IMG/VR virus record: IMGVR_UViG_3300037070_005559
Location: 1 to 58,655 of that record
Reading direction: 5' to 3' (one strand)
DNA: 58,655 nt
DNA from: a virus
Of this stretch, positions 1-7,537 are shown piece after piece (the first letter of the stretch is position 1; the number at the start of each line of letters is the position of its first letter). A program made the position numbers and the translations under genes. Below the pieces are notes generated by a model that worked only from the letters and a program-made list of their open reading frames with translations, did not search any database and had not been told where the DNA came from.

Positions 1-102
1 GTTCCGAGGAGAGGTGTGATGAAAGGAGGGGACTCCACCTCGTTCGGTCGGGCGGAAAATCCGGGTGCCGGGGGCGGTAGTGCGGTCACCAGTCGGCCGG
101 CA
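1..102. repeat. 102-bp terminal direct repeat, copy 1 (identical to 58554..58655). Circular-assembly overlap or terminal redundancy.
   Basis: Read directly: gttccgaggagaggtgtgatgaaagg...cagtcggccggca at bases 1-102 recurs exactly as the last 102 bases of the window. Confidence 0.95.
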
Positions 103-361
103 AGAGATTCCTTACCCGAAATTTTTCAGTCGATTGCCGCGCGCTGTAGCCCGTGGCGAGGCGATTGAGCGTCTGAACGGGTCACGGCAGGGTGAAGCGG
201 ATCAAAACGCGTCCAGGGGCAAGCGCGGGGCCAAGTCCGTACTCCAACGAATATATTTTAATACAATGTTGGATATCCTCACTACGATTTACTGGGAGAC
301 AACGAGTTACGATTGAACGTAACTTGCGACAGCCAATATACACTACGGGTTGTGGTGTTGG

Positions 362-778
362 CTAATCGATCTGGCGCAAACCCGTCGCCGGCATCGGGCG
401 CCAGTCTTCTGCGATTGGGCTGGGATCTGCAGATGCCGATTCGCGGCGCGCCTTTGTTGGACGCATTGAACCTGGGAGTGGGCGGCCGGCAAGCTGCCGC
501 TCTTGTTCGGCCAATCGCGCTTGCGCGTCTGTGAGCTCTTTCAGGCGCTTTGAATCCTTGCCAGCACACAGTTCAATCTCGCGATCTACAATCGCCAATT
601 GACCACGCACACGCGAAAGCCGTTGTGACCTGTAACTCTCATCCACTGGGGGCGGAACACTATTCCGCAACGCTTCCGCTAGTGCGATTGCCTCAGCGGA
701 TTTCCGTTTGCTCTCAGCGGCAACCAAGCGGGATTTAGCGGCATATTCCGCAGCATTTTCCTTTGTAAACAACGGCAT
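362..778 (-). CDS. Hypothetical helical, charged protein (138 aa)
   Basis: ATG at 778 is preceded by ggtgagg. Coiled-coil-like stretches (AEAIALAEAL, AQARLAEQERQLA) and a basic C-terminus. No family recognised. Confidence 0.6.
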   Translation of the reverse strand: MPLFTKENAAEYAAKSRLVAAESKRKSAEAIALAEALRNSVPPPVDESYRSQRLSRVRGQLAIVDREIELCAGKDSKRLKELTDAQARLAEQERQLAGRPLPGSMRPTKARRESASADPSPIAEDWRPMPATGLRQID

Positions 779-810
779 ACCTCACCATCTTCCCCCTGTT
801 ACACGTTGTA

Positions 811-845
811 AAGCAAAATCCGGCAGAGCGTGAGCAATGCCGGAT
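811..845 (-). terminator. Putative intrinsic terminator or attenuator between the zinc-ribbon gene and the 138-aa gene
   Basis: 8-bp stem atccggca (818-825) / tgccggat (838-845). On the minus strand it is followed by TTTTGCTTT (plus-strand A-run 811-817). Confidence 0.45.
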
Positions 846-886
846 CAGTGAACCACGCGCGAAGCATGGCCCGAGGCGCTAGGTGG

Positions 887-1057
887 TCAGTCTTTCAGCA
901 TCAGCCTTGTTAGCTGGCCGCAGTCACGACAGTTGACGTATTTGCTTTGCCGATCCATTTCATATCGGTTGGTAGTGCCGCAAGTGCTGCAATTCCACCA
1001 GACCCTGGCTGGCCTTGCAACATGAGGCTGCGTAACAATGCGCGCTTTCTTGTTCAT
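887..1057 (-). CDS. Small zinc-ribbon protein (56 aa)
   Basis: ATG at 1057 overlaps the upstream stop (ATGA). Carries CSTCG...CRDCG four-Cys motif. The track ORF start at 1084 is an upstream extension. Confidence 0.55.
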   Translation of the reverse strand: MNKKARIVTQPHVARPARVWWNCSTCGTTNRYEMDRQSKYVNCRDCGQLTRLMLKD

Positions 1058-1236
1058 TTGAGCAAATCTGAAAGTTCTTCCCAATTGCCCTGATGGCTTG
1101 GGTTGGATTCGCAGGCATCAATGGACCACTGTATTTTACCGGCTAGCAACGAAGGGATTTGACGCATTCTAGCTTTGGCGCGCGCAATCAACTCCCGCCG
1201 ATCCTCCAACTTGGTTAGATCAAGTGTGTTTTTCAT
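1054..1236 (-). CDS. Hypothetical protein (60 aa)
   Basis: The first ATG, at 1236, lies exactly 28 nt downstream of TTGACA (1270-1265, minus strand). The track start at 1257 is TTG. Confidence 0.55.
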   Translation of the reverse strand: MKNTLDLTKLEDRRELIARAKARMRQIPSLLAGKIQWSIDACESNPSHQGNWEELSDLLK

Positions 1237-1270
1237 ACCCCCACTCTCCCATATCAAAACAGTTTGTCAA
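1237..1270 (-). promoter_or_regulatory. Promoter-like element for a leaderless transcript (leftward)
   Basis: Minus strand reads TTGACA-aactgttttgatatgg-GAGAGT-gggggt-ATG(1236). The -35 box lies inside the 16-bp inverted repeat 1257-1272. Confidence 0.5.
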
Positions 1271-1312
1271 ACCATTTCACCGCATTAGGTATTACTACCG
1301 ACAGATAATAGT

Positions 1313-1346
1313 TTGACAAACTGTTTAAGGGGTTTAGTGTGGGGCG
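1313..1346 (+). promoter_or_regulatory. Promoter-like element for a leaderless transcript (rightward, early operon)
   Basis: TTGACA-aactgtttaaggggtt-TAGTGT-ggggcg-ATG(1347). The -35 box lies inside the 16-bp inverted repeat 1311-1326. Confidence 0.5.
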
Positions 1347-1727
1347 ATGAAATTCAAAATCGTTGAGAAGAAAAACCGGCTTGCCGTTCATGGCATATTT
1401 GACAGCCGGGAACGCGCGGAAAAGAATCTGCGCGAAGTCAAACCCGGTGAATGTGCACGCGAGCTATTCATGGATAAGACGCTGAAGCCGGAAGATTTTG
1501 AAATCATTCCCATGAGCAAACCCAAAGTCAGTTGCCAATGTTCAGACCCGGGCTGCCCTGTCCACGCTGGCAAGTCCTCTTGCACCCATCGCGCGATTAC
1601 CGCGTTAGTCCGCGTGGATATGGAAGACATCACCGGGACGGCGTTCTGCCGCGCTTGCGCCGATGATGCTTTCGAGTCGGGACTGTTTAGAGAATCAATC
1701 AAAGCCAAAATTGCACAAGGATTATGA
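1347..1727 (+). CDS. Hypothetical Cys-rich protein (126 aa)
   Basis: First gene of the plus-strand operon. Cys/His cluster CQCSDPGCPVH...C...CRAC. Confidence 0.7.
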   Translation: MKFKIVEKKNRLAVHGIFDSRERAEKNLREVKPGECARELFMDKTLKPEDFEIIPMSKPKVSCQCSDPGCPVHAGKSSCTHRAITALVRVDMEDITGTAFCRACADDAFESGLFRESIKAKIAQGL

Positions 1728-2098
1728 AATTAGAAAACATTGGATCACTTATCACCATTGCCGAAACGAATACCTGCCTGGGGTATCTTTTGGACTTCGC
1801 TGGCCGCGGTGTATTTTCACCCGACGGAAAAGTTGAAATCACCAAAGAGCAGGCGGACACGCACAATCGACTATTGGCGGAGGCGGAAATTGCAGGACTT
1901 GACCGCTGCGAAATTGGACAGTGGGGAACGTTCTATTGGAGCCCACAAAAGGGAGTGACAACGTGGACAGGTGTCAAGGTGGCGAACTACACGCTTAATC
2001 AGTCTCAAACCGTTCTGACGTTCAGACGCGGGGAAAAGGTGTTTCGCGGACGACTGAAAAAAGATGCCGACTGTTTCAATTTCAAACGCATCAAATGA
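1724..2098 (+). CDS. Hypothetical protein (124 aa)
   Basis: ATGA overlap with the upstream stop. Ordinary amino-acid composition. Confidence 0.7.
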   Translation: MKLENIGSLITIAETNTCLGYLLDFAGRGVFSPDGKVEITKEQADTHNRLLAEAEIAGLDRCEIGQWGTFYWSPQKGVTTWTGVKVANYTLNQSQTVLTFRRGEKVFRGRLKKDADCFNFKRIK

Positions 2099-2370
2099 AA
2101 ACCGAAAAACTCTTTGGGCAACGAATCGCCTGTTATGATGACGGTAAATCCATTGACCGTTACACAGTCGTCTATCTGGATCAACCGGAGACACGGCCTG
2201 GCACCTTTGCGGCTGTCGGAATGAGCGGCTTACCCTTTCACCCGCAAGGCATTGGCCAGCATTGTACCGCAATGCCAGGCCGTCACCTGGGCAAACGGAT
2301 TAAATTTCAAGACCTACCGGAAGATTGCCGGCGGCTTGTAGAGCAAGACCTGAAACCAGAAACAAAATGA
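2095..2370 (+). CDS. Hypothetical protein (91 aa)
   Basis: ATGA overlap with the upstream stop. Contains a DRYTVVY...PFHPQGIGQH...HLGKRI pattern. Confidence 0.7.
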   Translation: MKTEKLFGQRIACYDDGKSIDRYTVVYLDQPETRPGTFAAVGMSGLPFHPQGIGQHCTAMPGRHLGKRIKFQDLPEDCRRLVEQDLKPETK

Positions 2371-3185
2371 AAACCACACTCCACACCTACAATTTCAACA
2401 CCGACAATCCGCAAGACCGGGAGCCCGTTCATCAGCTCTGCGCGCGGCTTAACGCCACGATAGGCCGCGGCAGCAAAATGCGCGCGATCAAATCCAATCA
2501 GGATTTCAACCCGGAGCCCGGAGAAATAACGCTCGAACCGGAGCACCTTTTCGAAAACCAATGGAATTCAAATGTTGGCCGCGTTTTCGACTGGTACGAG
2601 GAAGCAATCTGGGCCAATGGACGCGAACTCAAAAACATCAAGCGCGGGCACTACCTGGAAATAACGCCGCAAATGGCGGCGATCCGGGAGAACACGCTGA
2701 AATGCGGGTACACCGGCCAGCAATTCCCGATTTCCGAATTCCCGGAAGGCACGCCACGATTCAACACCACTCAGCAGGCGCTTGGATCTCCGTATCTCAA
2801 GGAAAGCGAATTGCACCTTTGCCGGCTGCTTCCAGTTTCTCGGGAGTGGCGGGACCGCCGCAATGAACTGACGCCAGCCGAACGCGACTACTTGCTTCCG
2901 CTTTATATCCAGGCGCAGACGAAGCCGGGTGTAGGAGCGCGAGCAAAGCAGATTGAGGGAGTCCACGAGGAATTCAAAAAGACTGTCGCAACCGCCACGA
3001 TCAATCGCGACGGCTTTCTCTGGCTGTTGAATCGCGGCATCAATACAGAGAATTGCATTTTTTACAGCCACACCGGGCGCTTTGGATTCGGCTGGCGCAA
3101 CGAATACCGCAGGGCGGCATATTCGGCGCTCTCGGATCTCCTGAAAGAGTTTCCGTTTCCCTATGACATAAAGGGGGCAGGATGA
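2367..3185 (+). CDS. Hypothetical protein (272 aa)
   Basis: ATG at 2367 forms an ATGA overlap with the stop of 2095..2370. The track ORF from 2325 is an upstream extension. Confidence 0.7.
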   Translation: MKTTLHTYNFNTDNPQDREPVHQLCARLNATIGRGSKMRAIKSNQDFNPEPGEITLEPEHLFENQWNSNVGRVFDWYEEAIWANGRELKNIKRGHYLEITPQMAAIRENTLKCGYTGQQFPISEFPEGTPRFNTTQQALGSPYLKESELHLCRLLPVSREWRDRRNELTPAERDYLLPLYIQAQTKPGVGARAKQIEGVHEEFKKTVATATINRDGFLWLLNRGINTENCIFYSHTGRFGFGWRNEYRRAAYSALSDLLKEFPFPYDIKGAG

Positions 3186-3511
3186 ACCCCTCACACAATC
3201 ACACCATGAAAACACAACACACACCGGGACCGTGGGCAACATCACGCGACGCTGTTCCAGCCAGCCACGTTCAAATTACGGTTTACGCCGAAAGCACAGG
3301 CAACCGAGTGGCGACCGTATTCGACCGCGAGGCCAATGCCAACCTCATCGCCGCTGGTCCGGATTTGCTTTCAGCTTTGGAAGAATGCCTTGCGTGGTTC
3401 GACTTGGACCCGCAGCGTAATCATCCAATCATGGCGCAAGACACTGACATTGGCTTCAGGATGATTCGACAGGCCAGAACCGCCGTTGACAAAGCCAAAG
3501 GCCAATCGTGA
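3182..3511 (+). CDS. Hypothetical small phage protein (109 aa)
   Basis: ATGA overlap. Carries the HTPGPW...ANANLIAAGPDLL pattern that is common in small phage proteins. Confidence 0.7.
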   Translation: MNPSHNHTMKTQHTPGPWATSRDAVPASHVQITVYAESTGNRVATVFDREANANLIAAGPDLLSALEECLAWFDLDPQRNHPIMAQDTDIGFRMIRQARTAVDKAKGQS

Positions 3512-3879
3512 AAACCAGAATTTGTGCGAAGAAAGAAACGCCAAAGCCACTCAGCTCCGAACAGATGAAAACAATTACTGACCTGAAATCTCTGGCAACC
3601 GAGGTTAGAAAACTCAAGCGCCTGCTCGACGATCCGCAGCCCGGCTTGTTCACCTGGGCGCAAATGTATGGTGACTCCATGCAAGCGATGAGCGACTTCT
3701 GGAATGAGGATCTACTGAAGGCGGGCAAGGGCGTTCTCGAAGCGGTCAAAAGTGGATACGTATGCGATAAGAAAACGATCAAATTCTACTGCGGCCATGT
3801 CTCGCCAGAGCAGTTTTCAGAACTCCATAAAGCTGTTTATGGAGCAAAAGCGATTGACCATTTTCCGCGCCAGGAATAA
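3508..3879 (+). CDS. Hypothetical protein (123 aa)
   Basis: GTG start in a GTGA overlap with the upstream stop. Confidence 0.65.
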   Translation: MKTRICAKKETPKPLSSEQMKTITDLKSLATEVRKLKRLLDDPQPGLFTWAQMYGDSMQAMSDFWNEDLLKAGKGVLEAVKSGYVCDKKTIKFYCGHVSPEQFSELHKAVYGAKAIDHFPRQE

Positions 3880-3885
3880 AACTAT

Positions 3886-3920
3886 TTGACAAACCATCTC
3901 CACCCTGAGATTGTCCACCC
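3886..3920 (+). promoter_or_regulatory. Internal promoter-like element for a leaderless transcript, upstream of the HTH gene
   Basis: TTGACA-aaccatctccaccctga-GATTGT-ccaccc-ATG(3921). Embedded in aTTTGACAAAC, a third copy of the operator-like motif. Confidence 0.45.
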
Positions 3921-4094
3921 ATGCCAGCATCCCCGCAACTTTCAAAAGCCGTAGCGCGCCGCCGTAAACGCGTTCAGTCGTTGCGTCAAACGCTGAACAG
4001 CCGCGGGCGCCCGATGTCGTTTTGCCAGATCGGGCAACGCCTGGGGATCTCTCCGCAACTGGTGGCAAATGATTTGAAGGAGTTGGGGAAATGA
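3921..4094 (+). CDS. Small helix-turn-helix DNA-binding protein (57 aa; below the ORF-track length cutoff)
   Basis: Translated by hand: MPASPQLSKAVARRRKRVQSLRQTLNSRGRPMSFCQIGQRLGISPQLVANDLKELGK. SFCQIGQRLGISPQLV is HTH-like. The stop overlaps the next ATG (ATGA at 4091). Confidence 0.6.
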   Translation: MPASPQLSKAVARRRKRVQSLRQTLNSRGRPMSFCQIGQRLGISPQLVANDLKELGK

Positions 4095-4285
4095 TAGCGA
4101 AATACAACGCCGCATTTTGTCCGAAGTGCAAAATTGTTTTCCACGAGACTCACAGTTCGCCTTGGCATTGGAGCAAGTCGGCTGCCCTGCACACTCGCGG
4201 CACCGGCCACAAATTGAAAAGGTTTAACACGGCTGCGGTGGATATGTTGAAGCTGGCTTACGACGGGACGCTTGTGGAATTATGA
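4091..4285 (+). CDS. Small zinc-finger-like protein (64 aa)
   Basis: ATGA overlap. CPKC...H..H motif. Confidence 0.6.
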   Translation: MIAKYNAAFCPKCKIVFHETHSSPWHWSKSAALHTRGTGHKLKRFNTAAVDMLKLAYDGTLVEL

Positions 4286-4608
4286 CCCCTTGGAAAGCCA
4301 TCATCGCCAAAGCCCGAACAGCCGACGGCAACTGGGTATTAGAAACTGGTTTCCCATTCAAAGTGGGGATGACGATCGAGATCGATCTAGCCAGCCGCAA
4401 AAACGACCAGTTTGTAAAGACCTCGACTCAAAAAACGTATTGGACGGAGATCGTGAACCTGATTGATCCACAAAACCCACATGGGCCGCCCATGTATTTT
4501 CCCACCGAAATGCTGGCGCTGCGTTGTAAATTCTGCGACGGCACGCTGGTGAAAGACGAAGCTGATATGCGGTGCGACACGTGTTTGGAGATAAATGTGA
4601 TGAGGTAA
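4282..4608 (+). CDS. Hypothetical protein with a C-terminal zinc ribbon (108 aa)
   Basis: ATGA overlap. CKFCDG...CDTC motif. Confidence 0.65.
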   Translation: MTPWKAIIAKARTADGNWVLETGFPFKVGMTIEIDLASRKNDQFVKTSTQKTYWTEIVNLIDPQNPHGPPMYFPTEMLALRCKFCDGTLVKDEADMRCDTCLEINVMR

Positions 4609-4612
4609 AGTT

Positions 4613-4879
4613 GTGAAGCGCAAAATCTACAAATACGTTCTTCAGATCGACGACAATCAGGCAATCGAAATGCCGGAAGGCGCGACCATACTCACCGCTC
4701 AAATGCAGCGAGGCCATCTCTGCCTGTGGGCAGTCGTTGACATCGATCCGGAATTGCCACAGAAGATGCGGCACATTGAAATAATCGGCACCGGAAATCT
4801 TTTTACGGAAGCGCCACGGCGGTACATAGCTACCGTCCAAGACGGCTCGCTCGTCTGGCATGTGTTCGAGCGGCAGTGA
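4613..4879 (+). CDS. Conserved small phage protein (88 aa)
   Basis: GTG start. The KIYKY...LWAVVD...GTG...HVFE pattern is one I recall from a widespread small phage protein family. Family identity not verified. Confidence 0.6.
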   Translation: MKRKIYKYVLQIDDNQAIEMPEGATILTAQMQRGHLCLWAVVDIDPELPQKMRHIEIIGTGNLFTEAPRRYIATVQDGSLVWHVFERQ

Positions 4880-4888
4880 TGTGATGCG

Positions 4889-5164
4889 ATGATAAAGATC
4901 GTAACAACCATTCGTCAGCGCCGAATGTCCAACGGCAAGCGGGCGGTCATTGTCGACATCCGGCCAAACGGTTATGACCAGGCGAGTGAGGCGCTTAAAG
5001 CCGAGGCATGGCCGTTCCTGAAGGTCCAACAGGAACTGGCTCGCCTGAAATCGTCGAGAGTTCAAAACTCTTTCTTTGGCGAGGCGCCAACCAACGAATT
5101 CGGAGCACAGGTCATCAAGAATTTAACCAACGACTTTCTAAAACCCAGAAGGAACAAACCATGA
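4889..5164 (+). CDS. Hypothetical protein (91 aa)
   Basis: The ORF ends in an ATGA overlap with the RecT start. Confidence 0.6.
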   Translation: MIKIVTTIRQRRMSNGKRAVIVDIRPNGYDQASEALKAEAWPFLKVQQELARLKSSRVQNSFFGEAPTNEFGAQVIKNLTNDFLKPRRNKP

Positions 5165-6357
5165 CACAAGTAACCCAACAGCTTCAACGCCGCGCCGAAA
5201 CCGCAGTCAGCCTTCGATCTCTCGTCGAGAGTCCGGCCTACAAGAGCCGCTTCAATGAAGTGCTACGCGATCGCGCGCCGCAATTCGTCGCCTCACTCGT
5301 TCAACTGGTAAACGCATCACCGCAGCTTCAGCGATGCGAGCCCAACACCATCATCGCCGCCGCCATCACAGCCGCTGCGCTGGATCTGCCGATTGAAAAG
5401 AACCTGGGCTTTGCCTACATCGTGCCCTACGGCGATCAGGCGCAGTTCCAGATTGGTTACCGTGGGCTGGTTCAACTGGCGATTCGCACATCGCAATACA
5501 AATTCCTGAACGTGACGCCCGTTTACGAAGGTGAGCTCGATCTTCATAATCCGCTCACGAGCGAAATCGTGCTGGATACCAAAAAGCGGAAGTCGGACAA
5601 GATCGTGGGCTACGCCGCGTATTTCCGACTGGTCAATGGATTCGAGCACGCAGAGTACTGGGACGTCCAAACGGTCGAAGACCATGCCCGACGCTACAGC
5701 CAGGCGTATAAGTCGGGCCGCGAAACCCCGTGGAAAACCGACTTCCCGAAAATGGCGATGAAGACCGTGCTGAAGTCCATGCTCTCGCATTGGGGGATTA
5801 TGTCAGTCGAGATGCAGGGGGCGATTATCAACGATGAGAGCGTGCGGGTTGACGGCCAGGACCCGATCTACCCCGACTCGTCTGATCCGAAGGTGCCGAT
5901 GTTCGACGAGCCGGCGGTACTTCCTGCTCCGGTCGACCCGCCATCACCGAAGCCCGCAGCCAAACCCAAAGCGGCAAAAGCTGCCGCACAACCTTCCACT
6001 CCGGCACCGACTCCGCCGGAGCCGTCCCCAGCAGCCGCCACGGCACCCTCAGACGAGCCGGAGCCGCAGGCGGCTGCTTCTCTGCCGCTAGAGCCTGAAA
6101 CAGCCCAGCCTCAGCCAGCAGCGCCCACGTCAGGCTCCTCCGCGCTCGTCCAGCAGTTGGCCGAAGCCATCTTGGCCGCCGAGGTCACCGAAGCCCAGGT
6201 TCTGTCATTCTGCGCGAAGAAAAAGCTGTTTCGACCAGATGGACAACCGGCCGCAGCCATCTCCGAATTGAAAGGCAGCACGATCGAACTACTGACCAAA
6301 AACCTGAATAACCCGCTGAGTCCGTCGCTGAAGGGCATACGGGAAGAGGCAATCTAA
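5161..6357 (+). CDS. recT: RecT-family single-strand annealing protein with a Pro/Ala-rich linker and an extra C-terminal domain (398 aa)
   Basis: ATG at 5161 (ATGA overlap). RecT-like core: NTIIAAAITAAALDLPIEKNLGFAYIVPYG...IGYRGLVQLAIRTSQY. About 90 aa of P/A/E low-complexity sequence, then a ~75-aa helical tail. Confidence 0.85.
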   Translation: MTQVTQQLQRRAETAVSLRSLVESPAYKSRFNEVLRDRAPQFVASLVQLVNASPQLQRCEPNTIIAAAITAAALDLPIEKNLGFAYIVPYGDQAQFQIGYRGLVQLAIRTSQYKFLNVTPVYEGELDLHNPLTSEIVLDTKKRKSDKIVGYAAYFRLVNGFEHAEYWDVQTVEDHARRYSQAYKSGRETPWKTDFPKMAMKTVLKSMLSHWGIMSVEMQGAIINDESVRVDGQDPIYPDSSDPKVPMFDEPAVLPAPVDPPSPKPAAKPKAAKAAAQPSTPAPTPPEPSPAAATAPSDEPEPQAAASLPLEPETAQPQPAAPTSGSSALVQQLAEAILAAEVTEAQVLSFCAKKKLFRPDGQPAAAISELKGSTIELLTKNLNNPLSPSLKGIREEAI

Positions 6358-6363
6358 CGCAGA

Positions 6364-6427
6364 AGTCAGCGAAGTGGCGGTCGCTGACTCAAGTAAAACC
6401 CGTGGCATCCGCCCGCCACTTTCGCTG
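6364..6427 (+). promoter_or_regulatory. Two mutually exclusive RNA hairpins (candidate attenuator or translational switch)
   Basis: Hairpin A: agtcagcga (6364-6372) pairs with tcgctgact (6381-6389). Hairpin B: cagcgaagtggcgg (6367-6380) pairs with ccgccactttcgctg (6413-6427). The two share the same 5' arm. Confidence 0.4.
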
Positions 6428-6439
6428 GACTGATTGGTT

Positions 6440-6736
6440 ATGCCTGAACGAACTCAAAAACAAATCGAAGCCGAAATCGTGGCGCTCGAAGGCTGCAAAG
6501 CCTACGTGCCGCATTACACGAAATTCGGAGATGACAACCACCACGGAATAGACCTCCAAATCGAATACCTCCGTGGCGATATAGACACCACCGCTGGCGA
6601 GTGGGACGACTACACCGACGACGAACAAAGCACCATCCTCGAAGCTCAATACTGGAAAGAGGGCGAGGAAAAAGAATCGCCATCCGTTGGCTGGGACGAC
6701 TACAAGCCCGGTGCTAAGAAACGCGCAAAGGCATAA
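6440..6736 (+). CDS. Acidic hypothetical protein (98 aa)
   Basis: ATG at 6440 (the track start at 6434 is TTG). D/E-rich with a basic tail KKRAKA. Confidence 0.6.
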   Translation: MPERTQKQIEAEIVALEGCKAYVPHYTKFGDDNHHGIDLQIEYLRGDIDTTAGEWDDYTDDEQSTILEAQYWKEGEEKESPSVGWDDYKPGAKKRAKA

Positions 6737-6754
6737 CGATTGAGATCACCGACC

Positions 6755-7201
6755 ATGCCGCGAATCAAAACCATGCTCGACCGGATGAACGCTGAAAATC
6801 CAGACAAGGTGCTCGATGAACTGGAGGCTAAGCATGGTTCGCGTGCATCGACTTGTTCGGGGGCCTTACAACAGGCAGCTATCATAGCGGCGTGGCACGC
6901 ACTCAATTCCGTCCTGGCAGTGCGTGACGGGATCAGTGACGGGCTGATTAAGAACATCATCGCCCTTCTCGAAGCTGCAAAAGAAGGGCGCGCGTATGAG
7001 GCTTCCGAGGTTGAACTGCGCCTTGCGTTAGAGGAATCGGTCAAGCTCCAGAGCTTTTACGCGAAACACCTCAATATTTGGGACGGCGGAAAACGCATCG
7101 GATTTAAGGATGCGGCGGCGTGGGTAGGCCGACTCCGTGAAACGAAAACTCTGCCCTCGAACGACAAGCTGAGGCACGGCGCGGACAACCCAGACGTATG
7201 A
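6755..7201 (+). CDS. Hypothetical protein (148 aa)
   Basis: First ATG at 6755 (the track start at 6740 is TTG). Helical composition. Confidence 0.65.
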   Translation: MPRIKTMLDRMNAENPDKVLDELEAKHGSRASTCSGALQQAAIIAAWHALNSVLAVRDGISDGLIKNIIALLEAAKEGRAYEASEVELRLALEESVKLQSFYAKHLNIWDGGKRIGFKDAAAWVGRLRETKTLPSNDKLRHGADNPDV

Positions 7202-7503
7202 ATACTCCAAAGACTATCGAGCAGAGCAAACCCGCCGTTGCCTCCAGCGACTGGTTAGGCGTCTTTCGTATCGGCCAAAGAGTCTGGACGACTGTAACCG
7301 TGGCCGGGAAAACGCAGCGCATGGCGATGGGAGTGATAACTGGAATGCATAGCGGATACTGCGACGTGGACGTGATGGGTCTGCATGGCGGTGCGCCGTG
7401 GATACAACAGCACACCAACGCCAGCCTCGAACCTGTAATCTGCCGCGCCTGCGAATGCAAAGTGGACGCTGACGGATGCGGCTGCAACCCACATGACGCC
7501 TAA
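7198..7503 (+). CDS. Hypothetical protein with a Cys-rich C-terminus (101 aa)
   Basis: ATGA overlap. CRACECKVDADGCGC. Confidence 0.65.
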   Translation: MNTPKTIEQSKPAVASSDWLGVFRIGQRVWTTVTVAGKTQRMAMGVITGMHSGYCDVDVMGLHGGAPWIQQHTNASLEPVICRACECKVDADGCGCNPHDA

Positions 7504-7537
7504 CGCTCCGCATGAGCTACCGGAGCGCGAATAATCT

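Noticed and set aside
65-569. ORFs 65..316 (+), 313..534 (+) and 282..569 (-) in the junction region
   Set aside because: They have alternative or weak starts, Arg/Gly/Pro-rich composition and no ribosome-binding context. They partly overlap the better-supported 362..778 gene. The region is treated as non-coding.
5008-5160. N-terminal extension of the RecT ORF (track start at 5008)
   Set aside because: It would overlap 4889..5164 almost completely. The ATG at 5161 sits in an ATGA overlap and begins a normal RecT N-terminus.
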